Shown here: in pieces, positions 41,251-53,200 of the stretch
How the letters are laid out: every line of letters starts with the position of its first letter
How positions within the stretch are numbered: position 1 is the first letter of the stretch
NCBI RefSeq assembly: GCF_009914755.1
Contig: NC_060944.1
Source of the DNA: the human T2T-CHM13v2.0 reference genome, Homo sapiens
Length of the DNA: 64,000 nucleotides
Direction: 5' to 3' (one strand)
The notes under the pieces: generated by a model
What the model was told of the DNA's origin: nothing
Database searches by the model: none
What the model saw: the letters and a program-made list of their open reading frames with translations, nothing else
Program-made: the position numbers and the translations under genes

Positions 41251-44200
41251 CTGAGAATGCTGCTGTCTAGTTTTTATGTGAAGATATTTCCTTTTACACC
41301 ATAGGCCTCAAACCGCTCCAAATATCCACTTGCAGATTCTGCAAAAAGACTTTTTCAAAACTGCTCAGTCAAAGGAAAGGTCAACTCTGTGAGTTGAATG
41401 CACACAACACAAACAAGTTTCTGAGAATGCTGCTGTCTAGTTTTTATGTGCGGATATTTCCTTTTCCACCATAGGCATCAAAGCGCTCCATACATCCAAC
41501 TGCAGATTCTACAAAAAGAGTGTTTCAAAACTGCTCTATCAAAGAAAGGTTCAACTATGTGAGTTGAATTCACAGATCACAAAGACGTTTCTGAGAATGC
41601 TTCTGCTCTAGTTTTTTTGTGAAGGTGTTTCCTTTTCCACCATAGGCCTCAAAGCGCTCCAAATATCCACTTGCAGATTCTTCAGAAAGAGTGTTTCAAA
41701 ACTGCTCAATCATAGGAAAAGTTCAACTCTGTGAGTTGAATGCACACAACACAAAGAAGTTTCTGAGAATGCTTCTGTCTAGTTTTTATGTGAAGATATT
41801 TCCTTTTACACCATAGGCCTCAAACTGCTCCAAATATCCACTTGTGGATTCTACAATAAGACTTTTTCAAAACTGCTCAATCAAAGGAAAGGTTCAACTC
41901 TGTGAGTTGAATGCACACAACACAAACAAGTTTCTGAGAATGCTGCTGTCTAGATTTTATTTGCGGATATTTCGTTTTCCAACATAGGCATCAAAGCGCT
42001 CCAAATATCCAACCGCAGATTGTACAAAAATAGTGTTTCAAAACTGCTCTATCAAAAAAAAAGTTTCAACTCTGTGAGTTGAATGCACACATCACAAAGA
42101 AGTTTCTGAGAATGCATCTGCTCTAGTTATTTTTGTGATGGTGTTTCCTTTTCCACCACAGGCCTCAAAGCACTCCAAATATCCACTTTCAGATTCCTGA
42201 AAAAGAGTGTTTTAAAACTCCTCTATCAACATAAGTGTTCAACTCTGTGAGTTGAATGCAGTCATCACAAAGATATTTCTGAGAATGCTTCCGCTTAGTT
42301 TTTATGTGTAGGTATTTCCTTTTCCACCATAGGCCTCAAAGCACTCCAAATATCCACTTTCAGATTCTAGAAAAAGAGTGATTTAAAACTGCTCTATCAA
42401 CAGAAAGGTTCCACTCTGTGAGTTGAATGCACTTATCACAAGGAAGTTTCTGAGAATGCTTCTGTCTAGTTTTTATGTGAAGATATTTCCTTTTCCACCA
42501 TAAGCCTCAAAGCGCTCCAAATATCTACTTACAGATTCTACAAAAAGAGTTTCAAAACTGCTCTACAAAAGAAAGGTTCAACTCCGTGAGTTGAATTCAC
42601 ACATCAGAAAGAAGTTTCAGAGAATGCTTCTGTCTAGTTTTTATGTGAAGATATTTCCTTTTACACCATAGGCCTCAAACCGCTCCAAATATCCACTTGC
42701 AGATTCTGCAAAAAGACTTTTTCAAAACTGCTCAATCAAAGGAAAGGTCAACTCTGTGAGTTGAATGCACACAACACAAACAAGTTTCTGACAATGCTGC
42801 TGTCTAGTTTTTATGTGCGGATATTTCCTTTTCCACCATAGGCATCAAAGCGCTCCAAATATCCAACTGCAGATTCTACAAAAAGAGTGTTTCAAAACTG
42901 CTCTATCAAAGAAAGGTTCAACTCTGTGAGTTGAGTGCACACATCACAAAGACGTTTCTGAGAATGCTTCTGCTCTTGTTTTTTTCTGAAGGTGTTTCCT
43001 TTTCCACCATAGGCCTCAAAGCGCTCCAAATATCCACTTGCAGATTCTTCAGAAAGAGTGTTTCAAAACTGCTCAATCATAGGAAAAGTTCAACTCTGTG
43101 AGTTGAATGCACACAACACAAAGAAGTTTCTGAGAATGCTTCTGTCTAGTTTTTATGTGAAGATATTTCCTTTTACACCATAGGCCTCAAACTGCTCCAA
43201 ATATCCACTTGTGGATTCTACAAAAAGACTTTTTCAAAACTGCTCAATCAAAGGAAAGGTTCAACTCTGTGAGTTGAATGCACACAACACAATCAAGTTT
43301 CTGAGAATGCTGCTGTCTAGATTTTATGTGCGGATATTTCCTTTTCCACCATAGGCATCAAAGCGCTCCAAATATCCAACTGCAGATTCTAGAAAAAGAG
43401 TGTTTCAAAACTGCTCTATCAAAGAAAGGTTCTACTCTGTGAGTTGAATGCACACAACACAAACAAGTTTCTGAGAATGCTTCTGTCTAGTTTTTATGTG
43501 AAGATATTTCTTTTTACACCATAGGCCTCAAACTGCTCCAAATATCCACTTGTAGATTCTACAAAAAGACTTTTTCAAAACTGCTCAATCAAAGGAAAGG
43601 TTCAACCCTGTGAGCTGAATGCACACAACACAAACATGTTTCTGAGAATGCTGCTGTCTAGATTTTATGTGCGGATATTTCGTTTTCCACCGTAGGCATC
43701 AAAGCGCTCCAAATATCCAACCGCAGATTGTACAAAAATAGTGTTTCAAAACTCCTCTATCAAAGAAAAAGATTCAACTCTGTGAGTTGAATGCACACAT
43801 CACAAAGAAGTTTCTGAGAATGCTTCTGCTCTAGTTTTTTTTGTGAAGGTGTTTCCTTTTTCACCACAGGCCTCAAAGCGCTCCAAATATCCAGTTTCAG
43901 ATTCCTGAAAAAGAGTGTTTTAAAACTCCTCTATCAGCATAAATGTTCAACTCTGTGAGTTGAATGCACTCATCACAAAGATATTTCTGAGAATGCTTCT
44001 GCCTAGTTTTTATGTGTAGGTATTTCCTTTTCCACCATAGGCCTCAAAGCACTCCAAATATCGACTTTCAGATGCTAGAAAAAGAGTGATTTAAAACTGC
44101 TCTATCAACAGAAAGTTTCGACTCTCTGAGTTGAATGCACTTATCACAAAGAAGTTTCTGAGAATGCTTCTGTCTAGTTTTTATGTGAAGATATTTCCTT

Positions 44201-47200
44201 TTCCACCATAAGCCTCAAAGCGCTCCAAATATCTACTTACAGATTCTACAAAAAGAGTTTCAAAACTGCTCTACAAAAGAAAGGTTCAACTCTGTGAGTT
44301 GAATTCACACATCACAAGGAAGTTTCAGAGAATGCTTCTGTCTAGTTTTTATGTGAAGATATTTCCTTTTACACAATAGGCCTCAAACCGCTCCAAATAT
44401 CCACTTGCAGATTCTGCAAAAAGACTTTTTCAAAACTGCTCAATCAAAGGAAAGGTCAACTCTGTGAGTTGAATGCACACAACACAAACAAGTTTCTGAG
44501 AATGCTGCTGTCTAGTTTTTATGTGCGGATATTTCCTTTTCCACCATAGGCATCAAAGCGCTCCAAATATCCAACTGCAGATTCTACAAAAAGAGTGTTT
44601 CAAAACTGCTCTATCAAAGAAAGGTTCAACTCTGTGAGTTGAATGCACACATCACAAAGACGTTTCTGAGAATGCTTCTGCTCTAGTTTTTTTGTGAAGG
44701 TGTTTCCTTTTCCACCATAGGCCTCAAAGCGCTCCAAATATCCACTTGCAGATTCTTCAGAAAGAGTGTTTCAAAACTGCTCAATCATAGGAAAAGTTCA
44801 ACTCTGTGAGTTGAATGCAAACAACACAAAGAAGTTTCTGAGAATGCTTCTGTCTAGTTTTTATGTGAAGATATTTGCTTTTACACCATAGGCCTCAAAC
44901 TGCTCCAAATATCCACTTGTGGATTCTACAAAAAGACTTTTTCAAAACTGCTCAATCAAAGGAAAGGTTCAACTCTGTGAGTTGAATGCACAGAACACAA
45001 ACAAGTTTCTGAGAATGCTGCTGTCTAGATTTCATGTGCGGATATTTCGTTTTCCACCATAGGCATCAAAGCGCTCCAAATATCCAACCGCAGATTGTAC
45101 AAAAATAGTGTTTCAAAACTGCTCTATCAAAAAAAAAGTTTCAACACTGTGAGTTGAATGCACACATCACAAAGAAGTTTCTGAGAATGCTTCTGGTCTA
45201 GTTTTTTTTGTGAAGGTGTTTCCTTTTCCACCAGAGGCCTCAAAGCACTCCAAATATCCACTTTCAGATTCTAGAAAAAGAGTGATTTAAAACTGCTCTA
45301 TCAACAGAAAGGTTCGACTCTGTGAGTAGAATGCACTTATCACAAAGAAGTTTCTGAGAATGCTTCTGTCTAGTTTTTATGTGAAGATATTTCCTTTTCC
45401 ACCATAAGCCTCAAAGCGCTCCAAATATCTACTTACAGATTCTACAAAAAGAGTTTCAAAACTGCTCTACAAAAGAAAGTTTCAACTCTGCGAGTTGAAT
45501 TCACACATCACAAAGAAGTTTCAGAGAATGCTTCTGTCTAGTTTTTATGTGAAGGTATTTCCTTTTACACCATAGGCCTCAAACCGCTCCAAATATCCAC
45601 TTGCAGATTCTGCAAAAAGACTTTTTCAAAACTGCTCAATCAAAGGAAAGGTCAACTCTGTGAGTTGAATGAACACAACACAAACAAGTTTCTGAGAATG
45701 CTGCTGTCTAGTTTTTATGTGCGGATATTTCCTTTTCCACCATAGGCATCAAAGCGCTCCAAATATCCAACTGCAGATTCCACAAAAAGAGTGTTTCAAA
45801 ACTGCTCTATCAAAGAATGTTTCAACTCTGTGAGTTGAATGCACACATCATAAAGACGTTTCTGAGAATGCTTCTGCTCTAGTTTTTTTGTGAAGGTGTT
45901 TCCTTTTCCACCACAGGCCTCAAAGCGCTCCAAATATCCACTTGCAGATTCTCCAGAAAGAGTGTTTCAAAACTGCTCAATCATAGGAAAAGCTCAACTC
46001 TGTGAGTTGAATGCACACAACACAAAGAAGTTTCTGAGAATGCTTCTGTCTAGTTTTTATGTGAAGATATTTCCTTTTACACCATAGGCCTCAAGCTGCT
46101 CCAAATATCCACTTGTGGATTCTACAAAAAGACTTTTTCAAAGCTACTCAATCAAAGGAAAGGTTCAACTCTGTGAGTTGAATGCACACAATACAAACAA
46201 GTTTCTGAGAATGCTTCTGTCTAGTTTTTATGTGAAGATATTTCCTTTTACACCATAGGCCTCAAACCGCTCCAAATATCCACTTGCAGATTCTGCAAAA
46301 AGACTTTTTCAAAACTGCTCAATCAAAGGAAACGTCAACTCTGTGAGTTGAATGCACACAACACAAACAAGTTTCTGAGAATGCTGCTGTCTAGTTTTTA
46401 TGTGCGGATATTTCCTTTTCCACCATAGGCATCAAAGCGCTCCAAATATCCAACTGCAGATTCTACAAAAAGAGTGTTTCAAAACTGCTCTATCAAAGAA
46501 AGGTTCAACTCTGTGAGTTGAATGCACACATCACAAAGACGTTTCTGAGAATGCTTCTGCTCTAGTTTTTTTGTAAAGGTGTTCCCTTTCCAACATAGGC
46601 CTCAAAGCGCTCCAAATATCCACTTGCAGATTCTTCAGAAAGAGTGTTTCAAAACTGCTCAATCATAGGAAAAGTTCAACTCTGTGAGTTGAATGCACAC
46701 AACACAAAGAAGTTTCTGAGAATGCTTCTGTCTAGTTTTTATGTGAAGATATTTCCTTTCACACCATAGGCCTCAAACTGCTCCAAATATCCACTTGTGG
46801 ATTCTACAAAAAGACTTTTTCAAAACTGCTCAATCAAAGGAAAGGTTCAACTCTGTGAGTTGAATGCACACAACACAAAAAAGTTTCTGAGAATGCTGCT
46901 GTCTAGATTTTATGTGCGGATATTTCGTTTTCCACCATAGGCATCAAAGCACTCCAAATATCCAACCGCAGATTGTACAAAAATAGTGTTTCAAAACTGC
47001 TCTATCAAAAAAAAATGTTTCAACTCTGTGAGTTGAATGCACACATCACAAAGAAGTTTCTGAGAATGCTTCTGCTCTAGTTTTTTTTGTGAAGGTGTTT
47101 CCTTTTCCACCATAGGCCTCAAAGCGCTCCAAATATCCACTTTCATATTCCTGAAAAAGAGTGTTTTAAAACTCCTCTATCAACATAAGTGTTCAACTCT

Positions 47201-50200
47201 GTGAGTTGAATGCACTCATCACAAAGATATTTCTGAGAATGCTTCCGCCTAGTTTTTATGTGTAGGTATTTCCTTTTCCACCATAGGCCTCAAAGCACTC
47301 CAAATATCCACTTTCAGATTCTAGAAAAAGAGTGATTTAAAACTGCTCTATCAACAGAAAGGTTCGACTCTGTGAGTTGAATGCACTTATCACAAAGAAG
47401 TTTCTGAGAATGCTTCTGTCTAGTTTTTATGTGAAGATATTTCCTTTTCCACCATAAGCCTCAAAGCGCTCCAAATATCTACTTACAGATTCTACAAAAA
47501 GAGTTTCAAAACTGCTCTACAAAAGAAAGGTTCAACTCTGCGAGTTAAATTCACACATCACAAAGAAGTTTCAGAGAATGCTTCTGTCTAATTTTTATGT
47601 GAAGATATTTCCTTTTACCCCATAGGCCTCAAACCGCTCCAAATATCCACTTGCAGATTCTGCAAAAAGACTTTTTCAAAACTGCTCAATCAAAGGAAAG
47701 GTCAACTCTGTGAGTTGAATGCACGCAACACAAACAAGTTTCTGAGAATGCTGCTGTCTAGTTTTTATGTGCGGATATTTCCTTTTCCACCATAGGCATC
47801 AAAGCGCTCCAAATATCCAACTGCAGATTCTACAAAAAGAGTGTTTCAAAACTGCTCTATCAAAGAAAGGTTCAACTCTGTGAGTTGAATGCACACATCA
47901 CAAAGACGTTTCTGAGAATGCTTCTGCTCTAGTTTTTTTGTGAAGGTGTTTCCTTTTCCACCATAGGCCTCAAAGCGCTCCAAATATCCACTTACAGATT
48001 CTTCAGAAAGAGTGTTTCAACACTGCTCAATCATAGGAAAAGTTCAACTCTGTGAGTTGAATGCACACAACACAAAGAAGTTTCTGAGAATGCTTCTGTC
48101 TAGTTTTTATGAAGATATTTCCTTTTACACCATAGGCCTCAAACTGCTCCAAATATCCACTTGTGGATTCTACAAAAAGACTTTTTCAAAACTGCTCAAT
48201 CAAAGGAAAGGTTCAACTCTGTGAGTTGAATGCACACAACACAAACAAGTTTCTGAGAATGCTGCTGTCTAGATTTTATGTGCGGATATTTCCTTTTCTA
48301 CCATAGGCATCAAAGCGCTCAAAATATCCAACTGCAGATTCTACAATAAGAGTGTTTCAAAACTGCTCTATCAAAGAAAGTTTCAACTCTGTGAGTTGAA
48401 TGCACACATCATAAAGACGTTTCTGAGAATGCTTCTGCTCTAGTTTTTTTGTGAAGATGTTTCCTTTTCCACCATAGGCCTCAAAGCGCTCCAAATATCC
48501 ACTTGCAGATTCTCCAGGAAGAGTGTTTCAAAACTGCTCAATCATAGGAAAAGCTCAACTCTGTGAGTTGAATGCACACAACAGAAAGAAGTTTCTGAGA
48601 ATGCTTCTGTCTAGTTTTTATATGAAGATATTTCCTTTTACACCATAGGCCTCAAACTGCTCCAAATATCCACTTGTGGATTCTACAAAAAGACTTTTTC
48701 AAAACTGCTCAATCAAAGGAAAGGTTCAACTCTGTGAGTTGAATGCACACAACACAAACAAGTTTCTGAGAATGCTTCTGTCTAGTTTTTATGTGAAGAT
48801 ATTTCCTTTTACACCATAGGCCTCAAACCGCTCCAAATATCCACTTGCAGATTCTGCAAAAAGCCTTTTTCAAAACTGCTCAATCAAAGGAAAGGTCAAC
48901 TCTGTGAGTTGAATGCACACAACACAAACAAGTTTCTGAGAATGCTGCTGTCTAGTTTTTATGTGCGGATATTTCCTTTTCCACCATAGGCATCAAAGCG
49001 CTCCAAATATCCAACTGCAGATTCTACAAAAAGAGTGTTTCAAAACTGCTCTATCAAAGAAAGGTTCAACTCTGTGAGTTGAATGCACACATCACAAAGA
49101 CGTTTCTGAGAATGCTTCTGCTCTAGTTTTTTTGTGAAGGTGTTTCCTTTTCCACCATAGGCCTCAAAGCGCTCCAAATATCCACTTGCAGATTCTTCAG
49201 AAAGAGTGTTTCAAAACTGCTCAATCATAGGAAAAGTTCAACTCTGTGAGTTGAATGCACACAACACAAAGAAGTTTCTGAGAATGCTTTTGTCTAGTTT
49301 TTATGTGAAGATATTTCCTTATATCTACTTACAGATTCTACAAAAAGAGTTTCAAAACTGCTCTATCAAAGAAAGGTTCAACTCTGTGAGTTGAATGCAC
49401 ACATCACAAAGATGTTTCTGAGAATGCTTCTGCTCCAGTTTTCTTGAGAATGTGTTTCCTTTTCCACCATAGGCCTCAAAGCGCTCCAAATATCCACTTG
49501 CAGATTCTTCAGAAAGAGTGTTTCAAAACTGCTCAATCATAGGAAAAGTTCAACTCTGTGAGTTGAATGCACACAACACAAAGAAGTTTCTGAGAATGCT
49601 TCTGTCTAGTTTTTATGTGAAGATATTTCCTTTTACACCATAGGCGTCAAACTGCTCCAAATATCCACTTGTGGATTCTACAAAAAGACTATTTCAAAAC
49701 TGCTCAATCGAAGGAAAGGTTCAACTCTGTGAGTTGAATGCACACAACACAAACAAGTTTCTGAGAATGCTGCTGTCTAGATTTTATGTGCGGATATTTC
49801 GTTTTCCACCATAGGCATCAAAGCGCTCCAAATATCCAACCGCAGATTGTACAAAAACAGTGTTTCAAAACTGCTCTATCAAAAAAAAAGGTTCAAATCT
49901 GTGAGTTGAACGCACACATCACAAAGAAGTTTCTGAGAATGCTTCTGCTGTAGTTTTTTTTGTGAATGTGTTTCCTTTTCCACCACAGGCCTCAAAGCGC
50001 TCCAAATATCCACTTTCAGATTCCTGAAAAAGAGTGTTTTAAAACTCCTCTATCAACATAAGTGTTCAACTCTGTGAGTTGAATGCACTCATCACAAAGA
50101 TATTTCTGAGAATGCTTCCGCCTAGTTTTTATGTGTAGGTATTTCCTTTTCCACCATAGGCCTCAAAGCACTCCAAATATCCACTTTCAGATTCTAGAAA

Positions 50201-53200
50201 AAGAGTGATTTAAAACTGCTCTATCAACAGAAAGGTTCGACTCTCTGAGTTGAATGCACTTATCACAAAGAAGTTTCTGAGAATGCTTCTGTCTAGTTTT
50301 TATGTGAAGATATTTCCTTTTCCACCATAAGCCTCAAAGCGCTCCAAATATCTACTTACAGATTCTACAAAAAGAGTTTCAAAACTGCTCTACAAAAGAA
50401 AGGTTCAACGCTGCGAGTTGAATTCACACATCACAAAGAAGTTTCAGAGAATGCTTCTGTCTAGTTTTTATGTGAAGATATTTCCTTTTACACCATAGGC
50501 CTCAAACCGCTCCAAATATCCACTTGCAGATTCTGCAAAAAGCCTTTTTCAAAACTGCTCAATCAAAGGAAAGGTCAACTCTGTGAGTTGAATGCACACA
50601 ACACAAACAAGTTTCTGAGAATGCTGCTGTCTAGTTTTTATGTGCGGATATTTCCTTTTCCACCATAGGCATCAAAGCGCTCCAAATATCCAACTGCAGA
50701 TTCTACAAAAAGAGTGTTTCAAAACTGCTCTATCAAAGAAAGGTTCAACTCTGTGAGTTGAATGCACACATCACAAAGACGTTTCTGAGAATGCTTCTGC
50801 TCTAGTTTTTTTGTGAAGGTGTTTCCTTTTCCACCATAGGCCTCAAAGCGCTCCAAATATCCACTTGCAGATTCTTCAGAAAGAGTGTTTCAAAACTGCT
50901 CAATCATAGGAAAAGTTCAACTCTGTGAGTTGAATGCACACAACACAAAGAAGTTTCTGAGAATGCTTTTGTCTAGTTTTTATGTGAAGATATTTCCTTT
51001 TCCACCAGAAGCCTCAAAGCGCTCCAAATATCTACTTACAGATTCTACAAAAAGAGTTTCAAAACTGCTCTACAAAAGAAAGGTTCAACTGTGTGAGTTG
51101 AATTCACACATCACAAAGAAGTTTCAGAGAATGCTTCTGTCTAGTTTTTATGTGAAGATATTTCCTTTTACACCATAGGCCTCAAACCGCTCCAAATATC
51201 CACTTGCAGATTCTGCAAAAAGACTTTTTCAAAACTGCTCAATCAAAGGAAAGCTCAACTCTGTGAGTTGAATGCACACAACACAAACAAGTTTCTGAGA
51301 ATGCTGCTGTCTAGATTTTATATGCAGATATTTCGTTTTCCACCATAGGCATCAAAGCGCTCCAAATATCCAACAGCAGATTGTACAAAAGTAGTGTTTC
51401 AAAACTGCTCTATCAAAAAAAAAGGTTCAACTCTGTGAGTTGAATGCACATATCACAAAGAAGTTTCTGAGTATGCTTCTGCTCTATTTTTTTTGTGAAG
51501 GTGTTTCCTTTTCCACCACAGGCCTCAAAGCGCTCCAAATATCCACTTTCAGATTCCTGAAAAAGAGTGTTTTAAAACTCCTCTATCAACATAAGTGTTC
51601 AACTCTGTGAGTTGAATGCACTCATCACAAAGATATTTCTGAGAATGCTTCCGCCTAGTTTTTATGTGTAGGTATTTCCTTTTCCACCATAGGCCTCAAA
51701 GCACTCCAAATATCGACTTTCAGATTCTAGAAAAACAGTGATTTAAAACTGCTCTATCAACAGAAAGGTTCGACTCTCTGAGTTGAATGCACTTATCACA
51801 AAGAAGTTTCTGAGAATGCTTCTGTCTAGTTTTTATGTGAAGATATTTGCTTTTCCACCATACGCCTCAAAGCGCTCCAAATATCTACTTACAGATTCTA
51901 CAAAAAGAGTTTCAAAACTGCTCTACAAAAGAAAGGTTCAACTCTGCGAGTTGAATTCACACATCACAAAGAAGTTTCAGAGAATGCTTCTGTCTAGTTT
52001 TTATGTGAAGATATTTCATTTTACACCATAGGCCTCAAACCGCTCAAAATATCCACTTGCAGATTCTGCAAAAAGACTTTTTCAAAACTGCTCAATCAAA
52101 GGAAACGTCAACTCTGTGAGTTGAATGCACACAACACAAACAAGTTTCTGAGAATGCTGCTGTCTAGTTTTTATGTGCGGATATTTCCTTTTCCACCATA
52201 GGCATCAAAGCGCTCCAAATATCCAACTGCAGATTCTACAAAAAGAGTGTTTCAAAACTGCTCTATCAAAGAAAGGTTCAACTCTGTGAGTTGAATGCAC
52301 ACATCACAAAGACGTTTCTGAGAATGCTTCTGCTCTAGTTTTTTTGTGAAGGTGTTTCCTTTTCCACCATACGCCTCAAAGTGCTCGAAATATCCACTTG
52401 CAGATACTTCAGAAAGAGTGTTTCAAAACTGCTCAATCATAGGAAAAGTTCCACTCTCTGAGTTCAATGCACACAATACAAAGAAGTTTCTGAGAATGCT
52501 TCTGTCTAGTTTTTATGTGAAGATATTTCCTTTTACACCATAGGCGTCAAACTGCTCCAAATATCCACTTGTGGATTCTACAAAAAGACTTTTTCAAAAC
52601 TGCTCAATCAAAGGAAAGGTTCAACTCTGTGAGTTGAATGCACACAACACAAACAAGTTTCTGAGAATGCTGCTGTCTAGATTTTATGTGCGGATATTTC
52701 TTTTTCCAACATAGGCATCAAAGCGCTCCAAATATCCAACCGCAGATTGTACAAAAATAGTGTTTCAAAACTGCTCTATCAAAAAAAAAGGTTCAACTCT
52801 GTGAGTTGAATGCACACATCACAAAGAACTTTCTGAGAATGCTTCTGCTCTAGTTTTTTTTGTGAAGGTGTTTCCTTTTCCACCACAGGCCTCAAAGCGC
52901 TCCAAATATCCACTTTCAGATTCCTGAAAAAGAGTGTTTTAAAACTCCTCTATCAACATAAGTGTTCAACTCTGTGAGTTGAATGCACTCATCACAAAGA
53001 TATTTCTGAGAATGCTTCCGCCTAGTTTTTATGTGTAGGTATTTCCTTTTCCACCATAGGCCTCAAAGCACTCCAAATATCCACTTTCAGATTCTAGAAA
53101 AAGAGTGATTTAAAACTGCTCTATCAACAGAAAGGTTCGACTCTGTGAGTTGAATGCACTTATCACAAAGAAGTTTCTGAGAATGCTTCTGTCTAGTTTT

